A stretch of 60,744 bases of DNA from Macrostomum lignano (taxonomy: Eukaryota): positions 1 to 60,744 of the forward strand of contig NIVC01002788.1 of assembly GCA_002269645.1 (NCBI GenBank). Reading direction: 5' to 3'. Shown piece by piece: positions 35,451 to 48,017 of this stretch. The notes under the pieces were generated by a model. That model was not told the DNA's origin. It ran no database searches and saw only the letters and a list, made by a program, of their open reading frames with translations. The position numbers and the translations under genes were made by a program. Position 1 is the first letter of the stretch. Each line of letters begins with the position of its first letter.

Positions 35451-35952
35451 CCGTTTTTTCAATCGAATCAGAGTTTTCGCAGGTGTTAACTCGCCGAATC
35501 ACAGAACTAACAGATAAAATATCAAACGCGGGTGAGATTTATGCTATGCATTAAATCCAACGCTGAACAATCGACCCGTGTTAAATTATGTACACGCATG
35601 TAAGAAACGCATTAAACACGAATTAAAAGCCACGCAAATTATGTGCTAAATCATTTTATTAATTTGCTTAAAGTTTCACACGAGTCTGTTACTATAATGT
35701 GGTTAGCAATTATGATTTGATTAATGGTAATATTACTAACTACAATAGTTGAGTCATGTCAGTGTTATATGAACTTACATTTTTTGTAACCAACGAGAGA
35801 TTTGTCGACTTTTTCTCGGGCTTCAATTTGAAAGAAGCAAATGAAATGGCGTTTAACAGCTGTAGGATATGCCGTCTGCTAATAATAACTTGTTAATTCT
35901 ATATGCCTCGAGCATTTCATTTATGTCTTTCGCGTGGGGGGCGGGGGTTGGT

Positions 35953-35967
35953 AGAAAGTTCTAGAAG
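35953..35967. promoter_or_regulatory. Canonical three-unit heat shock element next to a GC-box
   Basis: aGAAa-gTTCt-aGAAg; GGGGGCGGGGG lies at ~35936-35947. Confidence 0.4.
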
Positions 35968-36514
35968 ATTATTGACCACCTAATCAGATCGATAAGGGAC
36001 GGAATTCTGGGATAGACGAGCACAAATTGATTTTTTTAGTAGAAAATGCTAAGCATACTACTCAATTTAAAGTGAGAAGTAAAGGAATGCAAATATTGCG
36101 TCTGCAATTTACAGGATCTGCTGAGAAGTCATACACTGCATAATATTATATTTATTAAACTTATTAGCAACTTTATACACGTAAGCTTAAATTATTTAAC
36201 AGTAATAACTATAACAAAACCAGAAGGCACAGAAAAAGAAATTAGCTACTACTGTCCGCAGTTATTTCATAGGGAATAAATTGTAGAACAAGAACAGTTT
36301 TTATTTAGTACCGATTGATTTACCTTAAGATCAGATGCAGTTAAAGAAGGTCAAATAATTGAGAGAGCCAAGTCCGTACAGCAATTATCATTCAAAGGAA
36401 TGGCAATGAAATTGCATCAGTAATTATTTTACACTTGTTTATTAGAATTCTGTAAGTAGACTGGAGACCTGTGCAAGTAGGAAGTACTTTTTAATGGTAA
36501 AAATGACTCGATGA

Positions 36515-36925
36515 GGTCAAGTGACCCCCGCAATCAGCTACAGAGGTTAAGTGACCCCCACAAATCAGCTACCGGGGTCAAGTCACCCCTACAAGTCAGC
36601 TACTGAGGTCAACTGACCCCCCCCCACCGCAATCAGCTACCGAGGTCAAATGACCCCCACAAATCAGCTACCGAGGTCAAGTGACCCCCACAAATCAGCT
36701 ACCGAGGTCAAGAGACCTCAAATCAGCTACTGAGGTCAAGTGACCCCCACAAATCAGCTACCGAGGTCAAGAGACCTCAAATCAGCTACTGAGGTCAAGT
36801 GACCCCCACATATCAGCTACCGAGGTCAAGAGACCTCAAATCAGCTACCGAGGTCAAGTGACCCCCACAAATCAGCTACCGAGGTCAAGTGACCCCCCAC
36901 AAATCAGCTACTAAGGTCGTGACCC
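36515..36925. repeat. ~31-bp minisatellite directly 3' of SMIM15
   Basis: Unit AAATCAGCTACCGAGGTCAAGTGACCCCCAC, alternating with shorter variants. Confidence 0.9.
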
Positions 36926-36948
36926 CTCCCGCCAGTTCAAACAAACGC

Positions 36949-37287
36949 TCAAGAATCTTTCTTAGCCCGAGACCGTTTAATATTGACCTCGCGCCGCTGC
37001 TTCCGCTTCTGGTCTTTCTCTTTGCTCTCGATGTCCTTGGCCAGCTTGTAGGCGCAGATGGCGCTCAGGATAAACAGGGGCGACAGCGCCAGCAGCACGT
37101 AGTACACAAACGACATCGGGTTCTGGGCGGCGTACAGCAGCACCAGGCCGATGTTCTTTTTGGCCCAGCCGCTCCACGTAGAATCGTCGATGGCACTGAA
37201 CAGCTTTCCCAGCTCGTCAGCGGCCTTCAACGGGTCGATACCGCCGGAGGCGCCGCCACCGCTAGCGTCTGATTGGCTTTCCGACAT
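36949..37287 (-). CDS. SMIM15: Small integral membrane protein 15, single coding exon, with an N-terminal extension
   Basis: WAKKN...AAQNPMSFVYYVLLALSPLFILSAICAYKLAKDIESKEKDQKRKQRREVNIKRSRAKKD resembles remembered SMIM15; an acceptor-like CTCCCTCAG precedes the ATG at 37287. Confidence 0.85.
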   Translation of the reverse strand: MSESQSDASGGGASGGIDPLKAADELGKLFSAIDDSTWSGWAKKNIGLVLLYAAQNPMSFVYYVLLALSPLFILSAICAYKLAKDIESKEKDQKRKQRREVNIKRSRAKKDS

Positions 37288-37317
37288 GCCCACCGGCGCT
37301 GAGGGAGCGGCGGAGAA

Positions 37318-37840
37318 GAGGTCACGTGACCTCACGCGATTAGTGTCTGACCCGCCTAAATAAGTGAGGTCACGTGACCAACAAGAATAGTGTCTGACCC
37401 ACCTAAATAAGTGAGGTCACGTGACCAACAAGAATAGTGTCTGACCCGCCTAAATAAGTGAGGTCACGTGACCAACAAGAATAGTGTCTGACCCGCCTAA
37501 ATAAGTGAGGTCACGTGACCAACAAGAATAGTGTCTGACCCACCTAAATAAATGAGGTCACGTGACCAACAAGAATAGTGTCTGACCTGCCTAAATAAGT
37601 GAGGTCACGTGACCAACAAGAATAGTGTCTGACCCGCCTAAATAAGTGAGGTCACGTGACCAACAAGAATAGTGTCTGACCCGCCTAAATAAGTGAGGTC
37701 ACGTGACCAACAAGAATAGTGTCTGACCCGCCTAAATAAATGAGGTCACGTGACCAACAAGAATAGTGTCTGACCTGCCTAAATAAGTGAGGTCACGTGA
37801 CCAACAAGAATAGTGTCTGACCTGCCTAAATAAATGAGAT
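37318..37840. repeat. 47-bp minisatellite with 11 GGTCACGTGACC palindromes
   Basis: Unit TGAGGTCACGTGACCAACAAGAATAGTGTCTGACCCGCCTAAATAAG. Confidence 0.95.
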
Positions 37841-38454
37841 TAGGCTGTATAGTGACTCCTATTTGGCCTAGTCAAGGGAGGACAACTGACCCCTCACTAA
37901 AAAGGCATAAAGTCAACGCAGAATTCCCGAAGCCGCCAGGAATTGAACATGGCTTCAAATGTTTTTTTTATATTAGAAAAGCAGATAAACATATCGATAA
38001 ATATTATACAAAGCAATGAAGCAGCTAGAATATACAGCAATAAAAGACGCTGTATTTAAAAAAGCAAAAAAATGATAACGTTAGAAAAGAACGCACTTAT
38101 ACTACATATTTATATTACTGCTGCTGCTGAGACCATGATCCACCGATTAGAGTCGATGAGCAATTTCAATTCCAATACGAGTAAATCAGCAGTGTAAATA
38201 ATTGTAAATTATTATCATATAGAGAACAAGTCTAATTACAGTGATACAACTAGTGTCAGAGGGCCAATTCTACATGCGGTTAAGCCTTGAATAGATTGCT
38301 AATAAAAAGTGGTTAAATAACAAAATAAACTGATGCCTATTACGGCGGACGACATGCTTAAAAGTAATAATTTTAATTGAAAGTTAACAAAAAAGAATCA
38401 ACAAACGGGAAAAGGACTCCGCGCACTTTATTAATCTCTTTAACTGTCAAAGTG

Positions 38455-38890
38455 TTTCTACATCCTGGGGCAGAGAATTTGTAGGGTTGTGACTGGGGCG
38501 GGTGTACATTCTGGGACAGAGAATTTGTAGGGTTTGACTGGGGCGGGTGTACATTCTGGGGCAGAGAATTTGTAGGGTTTGACTGGGGCGGGTGTACATC
38601 CTGGGGCAGAGAATTTGTAGGGTTTGCGACTGGGCGGGTGTACATTCTGGGGCAGAGAATTTGTAGGGTTTGCGACTGGGCGGGTGTACATTCTGGGGCA
38701 GAGAATTTGTAGGGTTTGCGACTGGGCGGGTGTACATCCTGGGGCAGAGAATTTGTAGGGTTGTGACTGGAGCGGGTGTACATCCTGGGGCAGAGAATTT
38801 GTAGGGGCTGTGACTGGGAAGGGTGTACATTCTGGGACAGACAATTTGTAGGGGCTGTGACTGGGGAGGGCGTACATTCAGGGGCAGAGA
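38455..38890. repeat. 46-bp minisatellite, ~9 copies
   Basis: Unit GGGGCAGAGAATTTGTAGGGTTTGCGACTGGGCGGGTGTACATTCT. Confidence 0.93.
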
Positions 38891-39974
38891 ATTGAAGTGT
38901 TATTGAGGCGCGTGTAAATTCCGATGGGCGACAACACAACTTAACAAATAAAAAGAGCTTCTTATTAAATTGAAAGTCAAATGAACACAGAAAAATGGAT
39001 ATAACAGTGAAGAAAAGTTATTTTAGATATCTTTAAAACACCGGTTAACATGGATAGTGTTATTATAATATTATTACAAAGCAAACATAATAGTTTAAGG
39101 ATAGAAAATATTTGTATTAGTACAGAGTCTATCTGCAAATAAAGATATAGCATAACGCTGAGAAAGATTATAGCGAGAGGACTAGCATGTTTTTCATAAA
39201 AATGTTATTTAAGATATTAGAAACCGAGTCCTAGTTTCTAAAAATAGAATAAACAACGTGTGCACGCGCAGGGTTTTGGGCCTGAGCGAATGAGCTAAAA
39301 TTACGTTCTATAGTCATTCTTAAACTTGAATATAGCCTTCCATCATTGACGACTTTTAGCAGCAGACACAAGTACGCTCGTAAGAAAAGATTCCGATGGG
39401 GAACAGGATGTGAGGGTGTGGGGAAGATTGCGATGGGGAACAGAAGGGTGTGGGGAAAATTTCGATGGGGAAGAGGTGGCAAGAATGGACAACAAAGATG
39501 CAGGAAACAGGGATGCAGGAAAAGATAAAAAACAAGAGTTAATAACAACAGGCGCATCAGAACAAGCACAAAAAGGAAATGATTGCAATTAGCAAACCAG
39601 TGAGATCAACTAACGATTGGGCGTGATATGATGATGGCATGTCATGAGAGGTGCAGCAATTATTGTTAATAACTCATACACAAATCTGTAAGTCAAGCGT
39701 TAGGGAAACCCAGATTATTGATAATATTAGCTTACACAGTAATCAACAAGAGCAGCAACAATGTGCATAATACTGACATAAAGGAAGCCGAACAGGACTA
39801 CTCAAAATTGTAGGCAAGTCTCGAGCTGCCTGTGGAAACTCAAACCTAACCCAGGAAATGAAATTCTTTGCATCGGCAAGGCAACCAAAACTTGGTTGTC
39901 AAAGCGTAAAAAACCGTGAACTACTGTATACTACTGAGGTGACTTTTATTCAGTAGTACTTTAACACAATTATG

Positions 39975-40740
39975 TGGCAGTGTACAGTGTGGGGTGGCGG
40001 GGAAGGACGGGGGTTACTCTGAGGGTCGAGTGTACAGTGTGGAGTGGCGGGGCAGGGCGGGGGTTACTCTGAGGGTCGAGTGTACAGTGTGGAGTGGCGG
40101 GGCAGGGCGGGGGTTACTCTGAGGGTCGAGTGTACAGTGTGGAGTGGCGGGGCAGGGCGGGGGTTACTCTGAGGGTCGAGTGTACAGTGTGGAGTGGCGG
40201 GGCAGGGCGGGGGTTACTCTGAGGGTCGAGTGTACAGTGTGGAGTGGCGGGGCAGGGCGGGGGTTACTCTGAGGGTCGAGTGTACAGTGTGGAGTGGCGG
40301 GGCAGGGCGGGGGTTACTCTGAGGGCCGAGTGTACAGTGTGGAGTGGCGGGGCAGGGCGGGGGTTACTCTGAGGGCCGAGTGTACAGTGTGGAGTGGCGG
40401 GGCAGGGCGGGGGTTACTCTGAGGGTCGAGTGTACAGTGTGGAGTGGCGGGGCAGGGCGGGGGTTACTCTGAGGGCCGAGTGTACAGTGTGGGGTGCCGG
40501 AGCAGGGCGGGGTTACTCTGATGGCCAGTGTACAGTGTGGGGTGCCGGGGCAGGGAGGGGTTATTCCTGAGGGCCGAGTGTACAGTGTGGGTTGGCGGGG
40601 CAGGGCGGGGGTTACTCTGAGGGTCGAGTGTACAGTGTGGGTTGGCGGGGCAGGGCGGGGGTTACTCTGAGGGTCGAGTGTACAGTGTGGGTTGGCGGGG
40701 CAGGGAGGGGTTATTCCTGAGGGCCGAGTGTACAGTGTGA
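39975..40740. repeat. 50-bp G-rich minisatellite, ~15 copies
   Basis: Unit TGTACAGTGTGGAGTGGCGGGGCAGGGCGGGGGTTACTCTGAGGGTCGAG. Confidence 0.95.
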
Positions 40741-40788
40741 CCTCGGTCAGCTAAAACTAACAAAAATAGAGAGCAGAGAGCAGTGAAG

Positions 40789-43700
40789 CTACAGCCGGTG
40801 CTGGTTGTTGGACCCCAGGCGGCCCCGTGCTTGGTTCAGCGGAGGTGGCGGCGGCGGCGCTGGCGGCTCCGGAGGCGGTGGAGGTGGAGCGGGCAGCTGC
40901 TGTTGCTGCGCGGCAGAGCCCTGGCTGGAGCCGCTGTCACTGGAGATTCTGTGATGCTCCAAGCCAGCAGGGTCGGGCAGCATAACTATGCTGTTGACTT
41001 TCTGCTTGAGCTCCGAGTCGCTCAGGCGGATTTTGGTCAGGTCCAACAGGTTCATAGTGTTGCGGGCTCGGCTACTCACGCAGTAGGCTTCGATCACCTG
41101 AGGTGCGGGCGGCGGGTACACGAATCTCAGGGCATAGACACCTCATATTAAGAACACGAATTTCCCCCTAGGACACAAATCTCATCTTTAGAACACGAAT
41201 TTCCCCCTAGGACACAAATCTCATCTTTAGAACACGAATTTCCCCCTAGGACACAAATCTCATCTTTAGAACACAAATTTCCCCCTAGGACACAAATCTC
41301 ATCTTTAGAACACAAATTTCCCCCTAGGACACAAATCTCATCTTTAGAACACGAATTTCCCCCTAGGACACAAATCTCATCTTTAGAACACGAATTTCCC
41401 CCTAGGACACAAATCTCATCTTTAGAACACGAATTTCCCCCTAGGACACAAATCTCATCTTTAGAACACGAATTTCCCCCTAGGACACAAATCTCATCTT
41501 TAGAACACGAATTTCCCCCTAGGACACAAATCTCATCTTTAGAACACGAATTTCCCCCTAGGACACAAATCTCATCTTTAGAACACGAATTTCCCCCTAG
41601 GACACAAATCTCATCTTTAGAACACGAATTTCCCCCTAGGACACAAATCGCATTCCTAAAACACAAATTTCCCCCTAGGACACAAATCTCATCTTTAGAA
41701 CACGAATTTCCCCCTAGGACACAAATCTCATCTTTAGAACACGAATTTCCCCCTAGGACACAAATCTCATCTTTAGAACACGAATTTCCCCCTAGGACAC
41801 AAATCTCATCTTTAGAACACGAATTTCCCCCTAGGACACAAATCGCATTCCTAAAACACGAATCTCCCCCTAGGACACAAATCGGATCCTTAGGACACAA
41901 ATCTCATCTTTAGAACACGAATTTCCCCCTAGGACACAAATCTCATCTTTAAAACACGAATTTCCCCCTAGGACACAAATCGGATCCTTAGGACACAAAT
42001 CGCATTCCTAAAACACGAATCTCCCCCTAGGACACAAATCTGATCCTTAGGACACAAATCTCATCTTTAGAACACGAATTTCCCCCTAGGACACAAATCT
42101 CATCTTTAAAACACGAATCTCCCCCTAGGACACAAATCGGATCCTTAGGACACAAATCTCATCTTTAGAACACGAATTTCCCCCTAGGACACAAATCTCA
42201 TCTTTAAAACACGAATTTCCCCCTAGGACACAAATCGCATTCCTAAAACACGAATCTCCCCCTAGGACACAAATCGGATCCTTAGGACACAAATCTCATC
42301 TTTAGAACACGAATTTCCCCCTAGGACACAAATCTCATCTTTAAAACACGAATTTCCCCCTAGGACACAAATCGCATTCCTAAAACACGAATCTCCCCCT
42401 AGGACACAAATCGGATCCTTAGGACACAAATCTCATCTTTAGAACACGAATTTCCCCCTAGGACACAAATCGCATTACTATAACACGAATCTCACCCCGA
42501 GGATACAGATCTAATTTTTGGAACACGAATCTCACCCCGAGGATACAGATCTAATTTTTGGAACGAATCTCAACCCGAGGATACAGATCTAATTTTTGGA
42601 ATACGAATCTCACCCCGAGGATACAGATCTAATTTTTGGAACACGAATCTCACCACTAGGACACACTCATCTTTAGAACACGAATCTCACCCCAAGGACA
42701 CAAATCGCATTCCTAAAGCACGAATCTTACCCTAGGACACAAATCTCATCTTTAGAATACGAATCTCATCCCTAGGACACAATTCTTATCTTTAGAACAC
42801 GAATCTCACCCCAGGACGCAAATCTCATCTTTAGAACACGAATCTTACACAAATCTTATCCTTAAAACATGAATCCACCCCTAGAACACAATCTCACCGT
42901 TAGGACACAAGTGTCTAATACTAAGCCAAGCCAGCCCATACGCATGAGAACGCACCTGCAGAATTAGCATATCGTCTTCCAGAGCCTCCTTGCTAGCCTG
43001 AGCGGCCAGCATGTGCTGCTGCAGCTGCTGCTGATCCGAACTCGCCAGCCTTGCCGACTCTTTTCGCGACAGCTTGCGGGACGACCTGGTCAGGGGAGGG
43101 CCAAATGGTGGGGATGCATGACATACTGCTAGTATTTTATCTCTGTAACTACCGATATGTATTGAGTTAAACAGTAGAAAGTTTCACCGCATAAGAAATT
43201 ATTGAATGCGAATCATTATTAAAATTTTATAATAATTCAAGCCGCAATCTGATGTTGACAACAGGATTTTACCGCGTTTCGGCCTGTCTTATCTTTAACA
43301 TCTCACCCATCAGGACACGAATCAAAGCCATCGGGACACGAATCTCACCCATCGGGACACGAATCTCACCCATCAGGACACGAATCAAAGCCATCGGGAC
43401 ACGAATCTCACCCATCGGGACACGAATCTCACCCATCAGGACATGAATCTTACCCATCAGGACATGAATCTCACCCATCAGGACATGAATCTCACCGATC
43501 ATGACGCGAATCTAACCCATCGGGACACGAATCTCACCCTTCATGACGCGAATCTCACCCATCTGGACACGAATCTCACCCTTCATGACGCGAATCTCAC
43601 CCATTGGGACACGAATCTCACCCTTCGTGACGCGAATCTCACCCATCGGGACTCGAATCTCTCACACCCGAGACACGATCTCTCAAACCCGAGACACGAA

Positions 43701-46700
43701 TCTCTCACACATGAGACACGAATATCTCACACACGAGACACGAATATCTCACACGAGACACGAATATTGCACACGAGACACGAATATCTCACACGAGACA
43801 CGAATATTGCACACGAGACACGAATATCTCACACGAGACACGAATATTGCACACATGAGACACGAATATCTCACACGAGACACGAATATTGCACACGAGA
43901 CACGAATATCTCACACGAGACACGAATATCTCACACACGAGACACGAATATCTCACCCAGAACACGAATATCTCACACACAGGACACGAATATCTCACCC
44001 AGAACACGAATATCTCACACACAGGACACGAATATCTCACACCCAGGACACGAATATCTCACACACAGGACACGAATATCTCACACACAGGACACGAATC
44101 TCAAAGCTAATGACATAAATCTCACACCTAAAGAGACAAATAGAAAACTAAGGATATATCTCACACCTAGGTCTCATATCGAATAATTGAATTTAAATGA
44201 AGTTTTAAAGAGTGCCCAAACTACAATGCGCAGCTCTTATTATTAATATTCATTTTCTCTCATTATAATAATGACAGCGAACAATCAGTGCGAAGATATC
44301 TAAATAACAAGTCGAGCAACCAGTCCATATAGTTTAATGATAAGTTGTCTTGCTTACAAATTGGCGACAATCACTTCCTAATCTCTAGCCATTTGGCAGC
44401 TGCGATTTTGTATTAGATGATAGTGTAACAGCTGAAAACAAAAGCTGAATCATGCAGGTGTCAGATGAGAGGCTACAGTGCCAATGCCTCTAGGTTAAGC
44501 TGCATGTGAGGTCTGCTTAATTAAATATGCATAATCAATTATTTTGACAAATACTGATTGCAAAATAACTAAACTAGCACAACACTGACCAACGCCTTGG
44601 ATTTCTGAAATCAATAAATCAAGGAAATAATAGCGCTATTTGTCATATAATAACGAGTAACAAAGCTACAGTGTAGCCACCCCTGCAACTGGGGATCTGG
44701 GATCAGCCTGGGGATCTGTGATCAGCCTGAGGATCTGGGATCAGCCTGAGGATCTGGGATCAGCCTGAGGATCTGGGATCAGCCTGAGGATCTGGGATCA
44801 GCCTGAGGATATGGGATCAGCCTGAGGATCTGGGATCAGCCTGAGGATCTGGGATCAGCCTGAGGATATGGGATCAGTCTGAGGATCTTAGATCAGCCTG
44901 AGGATATAGGATCAGTCTGAGGATCTTAGATCAGTCTGAGGATCTGGGATCAGCCTGAGGATCTTAGATCAGCCTGAGGATCTGGGATCAGTCTGAGGAT
45001 CTGGGATCAGCCTGAGGATCTGGAATCAGTCTGAGGATCAGGGATCAGTCTGGGGATCTAAGATCAGCCTGAGGATCGGGGATCAGACTGGGGATCTGTG
45101 ATCAGCCTGAGGATCTGGGATCAGCCTGGGGATCTGGGATCAGCCTGGGAATCTGTGATCAGCCTGGGGATCTGTGATCAGCCTGGGGATCTGGGATCAG
45201 CCTGGGAATCTGTGATCAGCCTGGGGATCTGGGATCAGACTGGGGATCTGTGATTAGCCTGGGGATCTGTGATCAGCCTGAGGATCTGGGATCAGCCTGA
45301 GGATCTGGGATCAGCCTGGGGATCTGGGATCAGCCTGGGAATCTGGGATCAGCCTGGGGATCTGGGATCAGCCTGAGGATCTGGGATCAGCCTGAGAATC
45401 TGGGATCAGTCTGGAGATCTGGGATCAGCCTGAGGATCTGGGATCAGTCTGGGGATCTGGGATCAGTCTGGGGATCTGGGATCAGCCTGAGGATCGGGGA
45501 TTAGTCTCGGGATCTGGGATCAGTCTGAGGATCTGGGATTAGTCTGGGGATCTTAGATCAGCCTGAGGATCTGGGATCAGTCTGAGGATCTGGGATCAGC
45601 CTGAGGATCTTGGATGAGCCTGAGGATCTGGGATCAGTCTGGGGATCTGGGATCAGTCTGGGGATCTGGGATCAGTCTGAGGATCTGGGATCAGTCTGAG
45701 GATCGGGGATCAGCCTGAGGATCGGGGATCAGTCTGGGGATCTGGGGATCTGGGATCAGCCTGATGATCTGGGATCAGCCTGAGGATCTGGGATCAGTCT
45801 GGGGATCGGGGATCAGTCTGAGGATCGGGGATCAGTCTGGGGATCTGGGATCAGTCTCAGTCTCACCTCGGGGACTCGCGGATGGCTGCTGCAAGTTTGG
45901 GCGTCACAGGCGGTGCCGGCCGCAGCTGAAGGTTGCCGCAGCTGCCTCCGCCGACGGGACGGTAAGGCGACGCTCCGGCGGCCGCCGTCGAGGAGGCAAC
46001 ATGGTTGCCATGGTGATGTCCATGCTGTAGCTGCTGTTGATGCTGCCGGCCGCCGCTGCCAACACCCCGAGCTGCTGGCAGCTTGGCGCCAGAATCCGCA
46101 GCGCTGCTGTGGCTCCGCTCAAGGCTGTGGGAGCCGCCGGCGCCGCGCGGCAAGCTGAAGGACTGGTACGATACCACGCCGGCGCCGTTGCCTCCGGCGC
46201 GTCCGCGCGACGCAGCGTCGCCAGCGGAGTTGTCCACGCCCGGCAGACTCTGACAGCTCTGGATGGTGCTCAGCCACTTGTCTAGCCAAGCTTTGGACGG
46301 GCAGACAAACACCTGCCGGTCTGAGCTGTCGTATACCTGTTGGTTGTTAGCCGATATGTAGTGCAACTTCAGCCGGGAAAATATAGCTGGGCATTTTAAG
46401 CTACTAAGTAAGTAGTATATGTGATAAAAAAGTAGCGAGATGTGTTCAGCTCACCGGATCTTCGTCCGCAGCCGACACGACCTGGAATGCGTTTTCGATA
46501 GCGTCAACCCTGGCAACGCCGATGCTGGCCAGATGGAATTTGGTGTCGAAGGAGCAGCTGCGCAGGTCGCCGCCGCTGCCAACGGCCAGCACGATCAGGT
46601 GCTTAGAGAACAGCAGCAACAGCCGGTCTTCGAAGGTGCCGTCTGGGGTGAACCGCCTGGCCACTCCCGTCACCAGCGGCTGGCCGAGGCTGCTTGGCGG

Positions 46701-47844
46701 CGGCAGGTCCGACGGCCAATTGGACGGTTGTCGGCCGCGGACAAGCAGCTCGGCTTCGGCCTCCTTGAGTCGGCGAGCCTCGGAGCAATCGCGGGACAGC
46801 TCAGCGAGTGCAGCCGCGGCGGCACTGGTGGCCTCTCTGTGCGGAATTTTGGAATTGATTTATTAATAAGGATGTCGATGGGAATGTGTCAGTTACGATT
46901 TCGATGGGAATGTCGGTTAGGATGTCGATGGGAATGTCGGTTAGGATGTCGATGGGAAACTGTCGGTTACGATGTCGATGGGAATGTGTCGGTTAGGATG
47001 TCGATGGGAATATGTCGGTTAGGATGTCGATGGGAATGTGTCGGTTAGGATGTCGATGGGAATGTGTCGGTTAGGATGTCGATGGGAATGTGTCGGTTAG
47101 GATGTCGATGGGAATGTGTCGGTTAGGATGTCGATGGGAATATGTCGGTTAGGATGTCGATGGGAATGTGTCGGTTAGGATGTCGATGGGAATGTGTCGG
47201 TTAGGATGTCGATGGGAATGTGTCGGTTAGGATGTCGATGGGAAACTGTCGGTTAGGATGTCGATGGGAAACTGTCGGTTAGGATGTCGATGGGAACATG
47301 TCGGTTAGGATGTCGATGGAATTGTTTCACTAAAATGCTAAATCCTTTGCGAATGATGAGAGTGATATAAAAATTAATGTGCACCTGTCTGGGTGGCCCT
47401 CCTCCAGATACTTGTACAGCTCGGCCAGCAGAGGCTGGTATCTCTCCAGCGTGTGCAACGGCCCGGCCAGATAAGCTCTTAAACTGGCCAGAGTGAAGGT
47501 GAACGAGCAGGTGTGAAACAGGTGATTGAGGCTGGACTGTTCCAGGTTGGCGCTGACCAGGGGCAGCAGTCGGTGGTAGGCCAGGTAGTGCTGGCGGACT
47601 GCTGCACAGGCGGTCAGCAGCTCGCGGCCGGCCATCCGTCTGGCGATCTTCGTTCGGCCGGCCGCGTCAAAGGCGGTAGCGAGGCCGTGGTGGACAGAGT
47701 GCATCGCCTGCGGAGGCGGCGGCAAGGTGGGAGCGGGGTTGTGAAAACAGACAGACAAACAGACACACAGAGACAGACAGAGACAGACAGACAGACAGAC
47801 AGACACAGAGCCAGACAGACAGACACAGAGACAGACAGACAGAC

Positions 47845-47923
<79 letters not shown>

Positions 47924-47924
47924 C

Positions 47925-47973
<49 letters not shown>

Positions 47974-47974
47974 A

Positions 47975-48017
<43 letters not shown>

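Noticed and set aside
37318-37840. CRISPR-like appearance of palindrome-containing regular repeats
   Set aside because: The inter-palindrome sequences are identical rather than unique spacers, there are no cas genes, and the context is eukaryotic.
39231-39592. Short ORFs as additional genes or a PIX coiled-coil exon
   Set aside because: Low-complexity, 3' UTR-like sequence with no matching motif or convincing splice sites.
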